Positions 1 to 14,020 are shown, numbered from the stretch's first letter. The stretch is DNA of 64,000 bases from Octopus bimaculoides (GCF_001194135.2 NC_068984.1:24609079-24673078); one strand, 5' to 3'. Notes: generated from the sequence alone by a model not told the origin. Made by a program: numbers and translations.

Positions 1-1002
1 GAGGTTACCAAGTACTTGCAAAACAAGGCCCCTTGACTGAAGGGTTATAGCATTAAGGGATACAAAAAAATGGTAGTGGGACAGGAGCAGGTGTCTTGCT
101 GAAGAGATGAATACATGGCTTCCCCATCAAGAAAGAAAAAGAGAAATGTGAGGCCAAGGTACAAAGTGAACATAAGAGTGAGAATTGAGGTAGAAAAAAC
201 AAATTGGGTAGATAGGTAAGTGTTTCTAAAATGAACAAAAAAAAAATGTACTTGAATTCGTAGATCTCTTGGGTGTGTATTGTGGTATATCCAGTTTCAT
301 TTCTCATTAGGACTCATTTCACTTCTTTCATGTTGCTCACATTAGAAACTTGATTGGCCACTTGGAAAGATGTCTCTTTATTTCTGGTATATACTCTAAA
401 CAACTATTGTTAAAAACTCCTTTGATTTATATTGCTTATTGATTGGAATAGGTTTGTGTTAGTATGTGTTTTTCTTGCAATTTTTAATTATTAACAGCTA
501 TATCTCATCTGTAATGGATCACAGTGTGATGAATTTGTTTGGTGGATATGTTCTGCTAATTCATTTGCAATTAGAGCATTATTGTTACTACAGTTTATTG
601 ATTTCTTCTGGAGCAGCTTGTGGAACAGTTGTGCGTGTGTGTGTGTGTATGTATGTGTGTGCATTTAGATATATATATATATATATATATATATCATGTG
701 TTTGCTGGCACAGACTTGAACATTACAAACATATATATATATATATATATATATAGCTTTGTATATATAAATAAATAATGGCTTGTTTGTTTATAGCGAA
801 TTCATTATTTATAACATTATAAATTGATTTTTTTTTATAGAGGCACAAAACACAAAGCCTCTCTTATTTGAATAGCGAAAAATATATCACTCACAATACA
901 CTTGTCTTTTTAAGAACAGTAGCAATAAAGAAGATTCATTGAGATAGCAATAACTGTGAATCAGACATATGTCACAGACTTGATTTGTTGTGACTCCAAA
1001 TA

Positions 1003-1006
<4 letters not shown>

Positions 1007-1065
<59 letters not shown>
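1007..1065. repeat. (TA)n microsatellite (others at about 668-756, 61497-61557 and 63843-64000)
   Basis: Seen directly. Confidence 0.95.
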
Positions 1066-1068
<3 letters not shown>

Positions 1069-3370
1069 TACTGGATCAACTAACATTGTGTTATGCAAAT
1101 ACACTTGCTTTCTCAGCATTCTAAATCAGACTCTAATTTGAATTAAAGTTGTTTAGTGATTTTCCTGGTCAATATAGTTTATTAAGTGGTTAATGTATGC
1201 TATTTTAGAGATTGCTTAACCAGAAGTATTATTCATTGAGAGATCTTTAACTCTTTAACAGCAAAATTAAATTTCATGTTTATTATGGCAATGATATTAA
1301 ATACCTACCAAAAAATAGAATTAGTAATTTCAGAAAGTCCTGTTGCCTCAATAAACTTGAGAACCTGGACATAATAAATAATAAAAATTGAAAAATAATT
1401 AACATTCTTTAGCAAGAGACCGCCTGGTATATAAAACTATTTTCCACAGTTAAGGGTAATGAAACTTAGAGTGGATATGTCTTGTTTCCACAGTAAAAGG
1501 ATTAACATAAGACATTGGAACTTGGCAAACCAATATCATTGCCTTTCACTTCGTTTACATAGCTATTGCTTTTGAGAAAACATGAATGTCACACAATCTC
1601 ATTTCCTTTCTTTTCATTCTTGTAGCTTGGTACCTTTGTCAAAAATCGATATCTTTGAAATTTGGCTGAAGCGGAATCAATATTTTATTTAAAGGTGTTT
1701 TAAATAACTGATATACATAAAAATAGAGTGTAACATAAAGAAGGAAGTGGTTAAACTGAAGTATTCTACACTTATAGTCAAGAGGGAAATTGGTTGTTTC
1801 ATATATATGTCTGTGTATCTGTGTGTTATAGCTTAATTAAAGATTAGTAGTATAAAAAGATACCTTTACTCTCAAGCTACATTTAATCAATTTTCACGGC
1901 TGATTGACATTTACATGAAATCTGTGTGCCTACTTTCAGATTTCACTACATATATATTAAGATCTATGTTATTTGTCTGCTAATTTCAGATTGGTTTCTC
2001 TGTCAGGGATGTTTTGTTAGTTTTCCAAAAATACTTTTACTCTTAGATTCATTGGTTGGATAACTACTGCTTAGAGCAAGCTGACAGATGTTGGTGTCAT
2101 TACTAAACTACTGTTACTTACTGTATCGATGTATTTTGCACTGTAGTTACTTTACTATCAGTTTCCATCTCACTTGTTTGTAAACACTGAAACAGACAAA
2201 GAAAAGAAAGGAAAAACAGTCTTTTCCCTAGACATGAAATGAAGATATAATGATGCTGATGGAGATGAAGACAGAGTGGTTGTTTGTTGAATATATTTCC
2301 TATTTCATTTCTCCTGATGACATAGCACACCCATTTTATTATAATAAATGTATCCCAAGCCAACAAGAAGCCTTTATATGGTTACTAAACCTGCTGGAAA
2401 TAGTAACCAAATCGCCTCAAATTATACCTGCCATTGTAGAAAAGTATATAAGTATGTATTAGGTAATGTGATCATAGAAATGGGAGGAGGCAGGATGGCC
2501 ATGGCTAGAATGCATTTGGTAATAGTTCTACATGATCAGGGCTGACTCAAAACTACAGGATGTCATCAATGTAGACTATATCCTTATCTTTTAATGTAAT
2601 ATGTATGCGTAGATAATTTATTTCAAACACTTTACCACATCAAAACCTGTTAACTACTTAGTTTGACTATTGCCATCAAATTGTTATTAATTTCAAAACA
2701 GATGTTAGGTTTTAAACACAAATGAAGCAAATATTTATTCATACTTTCCCACCCACACTTGTGTGATGTAAATAACCATGTTCTTGTCTCTTCCTTCATA
2801 CTTTATCTTTTCATCACCCAGTATAAAGCTGCCTCCTTCTTTCATTAATGTAGTTCCACTCAATCAAAGTGGATCTTAATCTTCCAAATTACATGGTGAC
2901 CTTACTAGCGCTGGTACCACACCAAAAGGTACCCAATACACTATGTAAAATGTTTGGTGTTAGGAAGGTCATCCAACTGTAGAAACTTTATCAAAGCAGA
3001 CATTGGAGCATGAAACAAACCTCTAACTTGTCAGATCCTGTCACCATCGAACCCATGTCTGCATGAAAGATGGTTGTTAAAAGGTGATGATGATGATGAT
3101 GACTTTAATTCAGTCTGTATCTAGATCTTAATTTTAGAGATGCTGGCATCAGTTTATAAAAGTAGCATGAACAATTATGATGTTGCCTTTCTTACAAACA
3201 CAACTGTTTCTGACCAGCAATTGAAACTACATATTATTGTTGTAGTTGAAACTTGTTGTTGGCCCTGATGAAGCAGAGCCTTCAGAATTAATGATGTTTT
3301 ATGGGTGGCCTGCCTGTCAATTTTCAAAAAAGACATCTTAGATCATAGTATCTAATGTATTTCTTTCTTT

Positions 3371-3596
3371 TTAACCCTTTAGCATTTAAAATGATCATAT
3401 CTGGCCCAAATATTCTACCTGTTCTGTGTGAACTGGCCAGATCCAGCCTCTCACACCTATTCTGCAATGTCATTCTAAAAATAAGCAATAACACCATTGA
3501 AATTTTGAAGCTATGAGGTAATGCACAAGTAATTCAAAACAATGTGAATAAATAAGCATTACATTTGACATGGTAATCTGAATGCCATAGGGCTAG
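3371..3596. mobile_element. piggyBac-type MITE (TTAA-CCC end)
   Basis: ttaaccctttagcatt at the left end and degenerate aatgccatagggctag at the right end. Confidence 0.55.
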
Positions 3597-4412
3597 GACA
3601 GTAGAGTATAATTTGAAGAATATTTGGGTCGACATTTCTCACAAGTTAGCTGGTGGAGTAGATATTGGTTTGACCATGTAGTGTTGGGAAGTCACTGCTA
3701 GATTGTAGCACTTTTCACATATTAACATTTCAGATTAATATCAAATGTGTGGTGGTTGTTGTCATCATGAAAGCTACTTTGTAGTCGTTCAATCAGCTGT
3801 ATATAATAGCCATGCTTTCCTTCAAAGAACGCACATTGTTTTATCTACTTTTCCATGAGTGGTTCTGTCAGAAGTAAACTTATTGGGGCAAAATTTTCTA
3901 CAGCTGGCACTCTTCATGTCACCAATTGCAACCTGTTTCCAAGTGGGGTAATAATCTAGTTTATCAAAAAAAAAACAAAAAAAAAAAAACAAGCATGCTT
4001 AAGTGGAGAACTGGAAACAAACAACACTAAAATGAACCTCTTGTTTACAAAGTAGCAAACAAAGCACACATAGATGAGGAAAAGATGAAATTAGTCATAC
4101 AACCACACACATACACTCATACATGATGAGTTGAGTTTCTTTCAGTTTCTGCCCACCAAATCTAGCCATAAGGCTTTGATTGGTCTAGAGTTGTAGTAGA
4201 AGACACTTGCCCAAGATACCACGCAGTGGGACTCAACACCAAAGAAAAAAGGGCTGTGGTTAGAACATCAATCATAGTTGTGAATATAAGCAACTTAACC
4301 TGCAGTGGGTTACTGTAAGGTATATTGTAGGCTACCCAGCTCATGCAAGACTGACATTGGCAACTAATGACTTAAGCTATGTCTAACCTAATAGCATTAT
4401 CTAATAGTTAGT

Positions 4413-4712
4413 TGAAGGTGCATGGCTCAGTGGTTAGAGCATTGGGCTCACAATCACAAGGTAGTGAGTTTGATTTCCAGGTCGGGCTGTGTGTTGTGTT
4501 CTTGAGCAAGACACTTTATTTCATGTTGCTCCAGTTCACTCAGCTGTAAAAATGAGTTGCAACGCCACTGGTGCCAAGCTGTATCGGCCTTTGCCTTTCC
4601 CTTGGATAACATCAGTGGCTTGGAGAGGGGAGGCTGGTGTACATGGGTGACTGCTCGTCTTCCATAAACAACCTTGCCCAGACTTGTGCCTTGGAGGTTA
4701 ACTTTCTAGGTG
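4413..4712 (+). mobile_element. tRNA-headed SINE (family D); related copies at 44760-45045 and 55822-56010
   Basis: A-box-like tggctcagtggttag and B-box-like gagtttgattt, followed by the cttgagcaagacacttt...ctccagttcactcagctg core. Confidence 0.7.
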
Positions 4713-4739
4713 CACAGAGAGAGGTAAAGGCTATACCCT

Positions 4740-5260
4740 TTACCTCTCTCTGTGCTATGAGGCACATAAGGCTGTAACATGATCTCTCCAACCAGGTCTG
4801 TTTCCTACCACTGTTCTGGTCGCATACCAATTCTCCACCTTTGTTATTTCCTTTCCTTGTCTATGGTCCTTTACCATGTGGTTTTAAGGTGCCCTTCTGC
4901 TCTTTTTCCCTCAGGCTACCACTCCAGTGCTGCCATATAATTACTTCCTTGATTTTATCTGAGGATGTGTCCGAGCCAATTCCAGCTTCTGGGTCTTATT
5001 TCATCATTGATCCTGTCGCTGCCTGCTGTCGTCACAATTGCATCATTTCGGACTCTCCGTAGCCACTTGATGTCAAGTATTCTCCCTAAGCATGTGAATT
5101 GGAAGCTGTCTATTGCATTTTTTCTTCCATTTTTGTCACTTTTCAGTTTTCACATCCATAGAGTAACACTGGTCAGGCCAATATCTGGAACAGCTTCAGC
5201 TTCATTTTGTGGTCTATACCTTTGCTTCTCCACACCCTGTTACATTGTGGAATGCTCTCT
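4740..5260 (-). mobile_element. RTE-clade LINE 3' fragment
   Basis: Minus-strand C-terminal motifs across frameshifts (LNWLGHIL-like, EW.PEGKRA.G, GWRDHVTALCAS). Confidence 0.6.
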
Positions 5261-5779
5261 AGGCTTTGGATATTCTGTTCTTTATATCTACTATTCCTTC
5301 TCCATCTTTTTTTACTGTCCCCTTAAGATGAACAGATTTTGAAATTATCAGATCTCTTTACATTTACTCACTGTCTTACTTCAAATTAAACAAAACCTTT
5401 ATTTTTGCTGACTGTATCTTGAATTCTGTTCTTCCCTTAAATACATTATTATTATGTTAATTGCATAATTCATATTATGTTTACGTAAACATATAATCAC
5501 ATAATGATATAATGATTTTGTATATTTAATAACTTGATTAGTTTAAATGTCATATATAAACTTTTGGTAGTATGCATACCAACATGTGTATATGTTTGCA
5601 TGCAGATATGGCTGTGTGGTTGAGAGCTTCCCTTCCCAACCATGTGGATTCAGGTTCAATCTCACTGTGCTGCACCTTTCACAAGTGCTTTTTACTTTAG
5701 TGCAGGACAACCAAAGCTTTGTGAGTGGATTTGATAGACAAAAATTGAATTATATATATATATATTCTTTTTCTTTTAT

Positions 5780-6145
5780 TTTTTTTACTTGTTTCAGTCA
5801 TTTGACTGTGGCGATGCTGGAGCACCACCTTTAGTCGAACAAATTGACCCCAGAACTTATTCTTTGTAAGCCTAGTACTTATTCTATTGGTCTATATTAC
5901 TGAATTGCTAAGTTACGGGGGACATAAACACATCAGCATCAGTTGTCAAGCGATGTTGGGAGGAAAAACACAGATACACACACACACACACACACACACA
6001 TACACAACAGGCTTCTTCTTTCAGTTTCCGTCTACCAAATCCATACACAAGGCTTTGGTCGGCCCGAGGCTATAGTAGAAGGCACTTGTCCAAGGTTCCA
6101 CGCAGTGGGATTGAACCCAGAATCACACAGCCATTCCTGTGCCTA
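5780..6145 (-). mobile_element. Family A SINE
   Basis: Reverse-complement match to the plus-strand copies at 20665-21030 and 25370-25740; internal (CA)n. Confidence 0.75.
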
Positions 6146-6519
6146 TATANNNNNNNNNNNNNNNNNNNNNNNNNNNNNNNNNNNNNNNNNNNNNNNNNNN
6201 NNNNNNNNNNNNNNNNNNNNNNNNNNNNNNNNNNNNNNNNNNNNNNNNNNNNNNNNNNNNNNNNNNNNNNNNNNNNNNNNNNNNNNNNNNNNNNNNNNNN
6301 NNNNNNNNNNNNNNNNNNNNNNNNNNNNNNNNNNNNNNNNNNNNNNNNNNNNNNNNNNNNNNNNNNNNNNNNNNNNNNNNNNNNNNNNNNNNNNNNNNNN
6401 NNNNNNNNNNNNNNNNNNNNNNNNNNNNNNNNNNNNNNNNNNNNNNNNNNNNNNATATATATATATATATATATATATATAGGTGCAGGTGTGGCTGTGT
6501 GGTAAGAAGCATAGTTAGG

Positions 6520-6720
6520 AATCAGTGCTTCTTTACACGGTTGTCCTCATCACATGACCCTATCAGTGCACACTCTTGTCTCTTGTCTCTCTTGCACACC
6601 ACATCTGATGCCTCTTTTGCCTAACCTTTCTCTCAAGATGCTTACATTCTGTCGAACATGCAGACTGACATTGCACATCCAGCAGAGCATATTGGCTTCA
6701 TTTCTTTCATGTCCTTGGCT
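6520..6720 (-). mobile_element. RTE-clade LINE 3' fragment
   Basis: EANMLCWMCNVSLHVRQNVSILRERLGKRGIRCGVQER...GHVMR. Confidence 0.65.
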
Positions 6721-6734
6721 GTCACATATATATA

Positions 6735-6737
<3 letters not shown>

Positions 6738-6811
<74 letters not shown>
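6738..6811. repeat. (GT)n microsatellite
   Basis: Seen directly. Confidence 0.95.
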
Positions 6812-6813
<2 letters not shown>

Positions 6814-7106
6814 ATGTGCGTGTGTTTGAGTATATATCTATACAATAATCTGCTTGTCGTTTACCTGTTAAACATTAGTTAGTTAGAGAGGTGGAGGTGG
6901 AGTGAGTGAGAGGTAGAGTAAGAATGAGAGAGAAAGAGGGAGGAATGAAGAAAGAAGAGAGGAAGAAGTAGAGAAAGGTGATTAACATTAATACACACAG
7001 GCCAAACAGTCACGTGGTCAGCTGAAGTGGGGAGGGGGCAACGAGAGAAAATAGGGAGAAAGAAGTGTTAACGTGTGGTGGGGTGGGGAAGGCAGTTATA
7101 TTGAAA

Positions 7107-7162
7107 GATAGATAGATAGACAGATAGACAGATAGATAAACAGATAGATAGATAGATAGATA
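7107..7162. repeat. (GATA/GACA)n tetranucleotide repeat
   Basis: Seen directly. Confidence 0.9.
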
Positions 7163-8044
7163 ACTTTCTTTATTGGTCACACAGGGCTGAACACAGAGGG
7201 GACAAATACAAATGTAGAGCTTTTCTTTTCAAAAAGGAAAAGGGGAAAAAAAAAAGTAAAATTCCGATCAAAAGGGTCAGAAAAAAAGAAAAGGCGATCA
7301 AAAGGGATCGTGTATCACAGAAGAAATTTTTAAAATGTAAGAAGCAAGATTAGGTTTATCCGTGGAAAGAAAAGCCTACGGAAAAGACCACAGTAACTGG
7401 AATAAGTACCAGACGTAAAAATAAGTATGGGGTCAACTTGCTCAACCAAAACGTTGCTAAGTCACAGGGACGTAAACAAATCAACACTGGCTGTCAAATG
7501 ATGGTAGTGGTGGTGGTCAAATGCAGACACCACACACACACACATTCAACAGACTTCCATCTACCAAAGTCATTCTTAAGGCATTAATCAGCCTGCGGCT
7601 ATAGTAGAAGACACTTGCCCAAGGTGTTGTGCAGTGGGATTGAACCTGAAACCACATGGTTGCAAAGCAAGCTTCTTAATCACACAACCTTACCTGTACC
7701 TATACAAGGCTACTCATTTGTAGTAGGCAGGTAAAATCTGCCCCAGAACTTACTTATTTTATTGGTCACCCAGAGGAATGAAAGCAAACGTGACAATAGC
7801 AGAATTTGGATCGGGCTAAAAAAAAGCAAACTGGCAAAATTGTTAATGTGTTAGGCAAATTGCTTAGTAGTATTTCGTCCATCTTTACATTCTGAGTTCA
7901 AATTCTGCTGAGGTCGACTTTGCTTTTCATCCTTTCAGGGTTGATAAAGTGAATGCTAGTTCAACACTGGGGTTGATGTAATCAATTCACCCCCTCCCGT
8001 GATATTGCTGGTTTTTTGTCAAAGTTTGAAACCAATATTCATTT

Positions 8045-8310
8045 CCTATGTATAAAACTATGAAATAGCTTCAATAGTGTTCTTGCAGACATATGGTTAT
8101 TTGTTTTTAGCATTTCTTCTGCAGTTCCATCTAATCCTGAAGCCTTTCTGTATTTTTTTTTACATTGCTCAGTGACTGTTGCTATTTCTTCAGCAGATAG
8201 ACATTTCACAGAGCCAAATATACTTGAGTAAAAATTGTTTACAATTTGTGTGAAGTGCTTATGTTTTGTAATAATTATTTCTGTTTCACCACACTTGAAT
8301 TACTGTAATA
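8045..8310 (-). mobile_element. Decayed LINE RT N-terminal fragment
   Basis: Minus strand NNFYSSIF...KASGLDGTAEEMLK...TLLKLF, matching the KAPGPDGIPAE.LK...LLKLF motif. Confidence 0.55.
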
Positions 8311-8904
8311 GTTGTAATAGTAATACAGATATGTAAATTGGGTTTATAACATTAAAATGAAGAATTAGAAAGTGATACTGTGGCAGTGATACTTCTCTTT
8401 TATTTTTCTGTAAATTAAGTCAAATGGTTCCGAATATGAACTGAAATGGATCACATATGCTTTCACTAAGTATCTGCTGTTGCATCAGCAGTACACCATA
8501 TTAGTAGTCGTAGCAACAATTAGTTCTTGTCCTAGAATGCATGAGGGAAAACTGTTGTTTTATCTACTAACTTAAGCTAGCATTGTGCAATGCATATACA
8601 GAGAATTACATTTAGACTGAAAAGAAAGATACAACGTCTGTAAATACATCTATAATAGAAGTAGATGAAGTATCATTTGAAGTACAGTGATTGTACTTCA
8701 GTCAGCTCACTCAGAGTTGTTTTGTTGGTAGAATTCTTTTGCTGCCGGATGATTCACAAAGCATTGTTTAAAACTGCTTTAATAGTCTGATTTCTCTTGA
8801 AACCTTGATGTATTGCAACAATTGTTGTCTACTATAATAGAGATGACAGTGTACGTCTGAAAAACTGCTACCGCTGTTGCTGTTGTTGTTGTTGTTGTTG
8901 TTAA

Positions 8905-9780
8905 TGTGGCAAGCAAGCAGACTCATTGGCATGCCAGATAAAATACTTATCGACATTTCATCAGTCTTTATATTCTGAGTTCAAATTCTGCTAAGGTTTC
9001 ATCCTTTCAGTGTTGATAAAATGAGTAACAGTCATGTAATGGGTTGATGTAATCGACTAGCTTCCTCCCCCAAAATTCCAGGCCTTGTGCTCATAAAAGA
9101 AATTATTATTATTATTATGGTGGTGAGCTGGCAGATTTATTAATGCATTGAATAAAATGCTTAGCATCTTTATGTTCTGAGTTCAAGTTCTGCCAAGGTC
9201 ACCTTTGCCTTTCATCTTTTCAGGGTTGATAAATTAAGTACCAGTCAAGTACTGGGATCAGTGCAATTAACTGTCTTCTTCCTCACAAAATTCCAGGCCT
9301 TTATTATTATTATTTTTATTATTATTGTTAGATGGTGAGCTGGCAGAATTGTTAGCACCATGGGCAAAACGCTTAGTGGCATTTTGTCTGTCTTTACATT
9401 CTGAGTTCAAATTCCACCAAGGTTGACTTTGCCTTTCATCCTTTCAGGGTTGGTAAAATAAGTACCATTTGAGTCCTGGGGTCGCTGTTATTGACTTAAC
9501 CCTACCCCCTAAGTTGCTGGCCTTGTGCCAAAATTTGAAATCATCATTATTATTATTAGTGTTGATTCAGCAGAATTGTTATCCTGTCAGACAAAATGCA
9601 TAGCAGCATTTCTTCTGGGTCTTTACATTCTGAATTCAAATTCTTCTGAGGTTAACTTTGCTTTTCTTCCTTTTAAGGTCAATATAATGATAAAAAACAG
9701 TTGAACACTGGGGTGGATGTAATCAACTAACCCCCTACTCTTACTCCTAAAATAGCTGGCCTTGTGCAAAAATTTGAAAC

Positions 9781-9831
<51 letters not shown>

Positions 9832-10265
9832 GGTGGTGAGCTGGCAGAATTGTTAGTATGTTGGACGAAATGCTTAGCTGTATTTACCCATTGCTACATT
9901 CTGAGTTCAAATTCCACCAAGGTCAACTTTGCCTTTCATCCTTTTGGAGTCGATAAAATAAGTACCAGTTGAACACTGGAGTCGATATAATCGACTTGTC
10001 CCCTCCTCCAAAATGGCTGCCACTGTGGCAAAATTTGAAACCATTATCGTTGTTGTTGTTAAGGCAGTGTATACTGGAAGAATAGCTAGCACATTGGGCA
10101 AAATGCTTAGTGACATTTCGTCTGTCTTTATGTTCCAAGTTCAAATTCTACTGAGGTCGACTTTCCATTTATCCTTTTGTAAGTACCAGTTGATTACTGG
10201 GGTCAATATAATCGACTTACTCCCTCCCCCAGAATTGCTGGCCATGTACCAAAATTTGAAACCAA
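8905..10265 (+). repeat. Head-to-tail array of six about 200-bp SINE copies (family B) separated by (ATT)n/(GTT)n tails
   Basis: Units start near 8905, 9119, 9331, 9565, 9831 and 10061. Shared core ggtgagctggcagaattgttag...ttctgagttcaaatt...gtcaactttgcctttcatcc...aagtaccagt...ggccttgtgc...aaatttgaaac. Confidence 0.85.
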
Positions 10266-13200
10266 TGTTGTTAGGTCTAGAGTATATCAGTTGTGTGCCA
10301 CTTAAAAAATAAATTAATATTGTTATTATCCTGGTAGTATGTTTTCCGTTTCTTTAAAAAGTTTACTTCACATTTTCTGTGCATTTAAGAAAGAAAAAAT
10401 CATCAAAACTTCCCTCTTCCTCAACCTAAAAATTGAAACTTATTAGTTTTTTTCAAATGACCAGAAATTGTCCCTCACATTAATATTGCTTCAAATCAGT
10501 ATATTTTCAAGCTTAAACCAATGCAGTTAAATCAAATCTTGTTTGCTAATTTATCTCCTGCTGGTCAGTGTTTCAAATTATAAAACAAAAAATTATCTCC
10601 AGTTGAATTGATATCATCATCATCCTTATCATTTAATGTCCAGTTTCCATTCTAGCATGGGTTAGACGGTTTGACCGCAGCTGGTAAGCTGCACTAGTCT
10701 CTAATTGTCTGTTTTGGCAAAGTTTCTACAGTTGGTTGCCCTTATTAACACCAACCACATTACAGTGTATACTGGTTGCTTTTTACATGGCACAAGTACT
10801 TTATACATGGAACCAGCACGAGTGCTTTTTATGTGGTATCAACACAGGTGCTTTATGTGTGGCACCCGTTTGGATGCTGTCTATATTTTGTGAAAATTAA
10901 GCATATATTGTTTCTTGGAATATTTAAAGTGAATTGACCTTCAGTATAGTGATACTTAGATAATAATGTTTTGCATGAGTTGGGTAGGGGCTTTGTGATA
11001 GAAGGTGAAGTGGTGTTGGAAAGTTTGAATTGTTTTGCCTACTGCTGGCTAAACAATCAGACTTTGTTATCAGTACATATCCTTGAGTTGGCTCTTGAAA
11101 GTTTTTTAGTTTCATTTTTTCAACTCGTGTTTCATATCTTGATTTGCTAAGTAGTTTTTGTAGCCTTTCTGTCAATTTTTTCATTTAATTTTGTTTTGGA
11201 TGCTCCAACATTTTATAATTGATATTAAAAGCTGAACTGTGTATTAATTGCCTTAATGTTCACGTATGCAAATAGCGTATATTCCTGATAACACACACAC
11301 ACACATATATATAAATATATATAAAAGATAGAGGTGGAAGCAGCGCAGAAGTAAATTTAAGACATTCTAATTTAGAAAGAAATTAATAAAATGATTCAAA
11401 AATTTTGTTTATATTTATAGGAAAGATAAAATATTACTGGCTTATGCGATGAAATTTATCTTATTGAATATTTAAAAAAATTTGGAATTTGAAGTCAAAG
11501 CAGGTTGTATTTATCTTCTGTTTGGTGGTTAGAACATATCTGGAGTTTTTCCATAAAGTCTTTAAATATAGATTGTTTGCAAATAATTTGGTATAGTGTT
11601 CAAGGTGTTAGAGGGAAAGAGAAGGGGTGTAGTTGTCCATTGTCTAAAAAATCTGTGGGTTCCTGCCAAGGGAGTGAGTGGCTTAAAAATATTTATTGAA
11701 TGGGTTTTATGTCCAGCTGTGTGTGTGTGTATAAGAATAGCAAGACATAAATGGAAAACTCACAACTCTATCAGAAAAACTCGAGAAGATACTCAACCCC
11801 ACATTCGATACCAAGAATGAAGACAACAGAAGAACTGCCAGCAATGAGCTCTCTTCCAACTTACAACAACTGTGTAACACCACAGAATAATTAATCAACA
11901 ATAAACCAGAACAAGATACACCACATCTTACCAGAAGCATAATCAGATACATTTGGAAAAAAAGAACGAGAAAGTTTACATTTTGGAACATGGTGAAAAG
12001 CTTAAACAAAGCTGGAATCTATGAGAAATAGCTAAAATCCACACACACACAAGAAATAAAAGCTTGTATAAGGTGGTGAGCTAGCAGAACTCCTAGCATG
12101 CCAAGCAAAATGCTTGTTGACGTTTCTTTTGTCTTTACATTCTGAGTTCAAATTCTGCTGAGGTTGGCTTTGCCTGTTATCCTTCTGGAGTTGATAACAT
12201 AAGTAACACTTGAGCACTGAGGTCAAGGTAATCAACTCGCCCTTTCCTCCTCTGAAATTGTAGTCTTGTGTTGAAATCTGAAAGCAATAAAGAGGTGTAT
12301 AAGACCTATACATCTGTTTGGAAAGATTAAATTTTCAAGCAGTTCCTACTCGATATTGACAGAAGAATGGTCTGATTTATTAATTCAAGTAGGAGGATCA
12401 ATTTAGTAGTGGTATCTGAACAAAAGGAAACTATTTATTTCAGGTTATCTGAACTATAAAGGATGGAAATCAAAATGAATTGATATGTAATGTGATTCTT
12501 GTTTATCCTGTTTATTTGTAAGAGCTATATCCTGAAAATGTTTGTCAGCAATTATATACATATTCTTTTATCTAACAAGGGCTTGTATTATAATAATAAT
12601 GCAAATAATTACATCTCATAACTTTAAGTGTGTTCTAAACAGTTAAATGTTTATCAACAAGAAAAGCTATCTAGTTGCACCAAGAATTTTTGTAGCAGTA
12701 TCTATTCCAGTTTGTAAAATCCATTCTCTCAAAAAGTACAGATGATTGGATGTAAAATTTTGTTTGTCATCATCACCATCATCATCATTATAATTATCAT
12801 CACTGTAATTATCATCATCATTTAATGTCTATGTTCATGCTGGTATGGGTTGGATAGTTTGACAGGATATATTGAATCTGAGGATTGTATTGAGTTCCAG
12901 TGCTTGTTTTGGAATGATTTCTTCAGCTGGATGCCCTTCCTAATACCAACCACTTAACAACATCTACTGGGTGCTTTTTTTTTGTGCCACTGGCCTTAGT
13001 GAGGTTGCTATGCAGTTCACAAGACTATGAACCCTGATGGGGATGGGCCAGTTTATACAAGAAGATGAGGCATTAAAGCATAAGGTAGGGGTAAGGTTGG
13101 GGTGGAAGAGCAGGCACTTGTAGAGGAGCTACATAGCTACTCACATATAGAAGAGAGGGAATAATTAGTAGGAGCTGCAAAGTGATAAATAGTGATAACG

Positions 13201-13559
13201 AAGTGTCCCCTCAAAGTACAAGGTGAATAGAAATGAAGGGGACAGAGGAACATTTTATTTTATTCATTGATACTTGCTTGTAAGGTTGCATTTGGAAACT
13301 ATCTGGTCCATGTTACACTGTGGGATTGAACTTGACACTTCATAATCTTATGTACCAATACAGTGTGGTTTGTGAATAAATAAATACATAGAGTGCTAAA
13401 GAAAAGAAAATATTAAAAAAATGCCTTTCAGTTTTATATATTGTCTCATTTACATTTGAGCATTTCTTTTTGCAGTCCTATAATCCCTTTTGTTTCTATA
13501 AAAAGAGACAAATATAATTTCTTGTAGTATATTTATATCACTAGATTACTCTCCAGTAT

Positions 13560-14020
13560 GTCTTGAAACTGCTTGTTATGACAAAAATTTCTACTTTTCT
13601 TTCAATATCTTTTATTTTGCAAAAAGGTCAAACAGTTTCTTCTCCACCAGAGAAATACTGAGTCTCTTGGCCAACATTAAATCACTCTCATAACTCTTCT
13701 TCGATTACCAAACTTTCCAAGTTCTTTCAACAAATGTATTTTCTCTTTTTTTCTCCTTCTCATATATTTTCCCTTACCTTTGATCCAAGCATTAGCTTCA
13801 GTTTTCTTTCTGCTTTTGTCTGTTATTACATTTTTTTCATATCTGTTATGGACATGTCTTCTATTATGTGTAAAAACTATTTTTGCAAACAATGCACAAC
13901 AGTTTTCCTGAAGGTCATAATGTAAAGAAGATCTTATTTTCCCACAGTTTATTGAATTTATGCTTACTATCATTCTCTGTTTATTTTTTTCATTTATTGT
14001 CTTTTGCATTGCAGTGGGCA
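13560..14020 (-). mobile_element. Decayed hAT (SPIN/Charlie, GTF2IRD2-like) transposase N-terminal remnant
   Basis: Minus-strand translation across frameshifts: KFNKLWENKIFFTL*PSGKLLCIVCK...NRRH and LAK...YFSGGE, resembling the F...W...FF....GKPVCLIC...N.RRH and AK..KPFSDGE motifs as recalled. Confidence 0.55.

Noticed and set aside
2250-2462. 70-aa plus-strand ORF
   Set aside because: No recognisable homology and no consistent splice partners.
4413-4480. tRNA-like sequence (also at SINE heads 44760 and 55822)
   Set aside because: Degenerate SINE heads without a complete cloverleaf; not tRNA genes.
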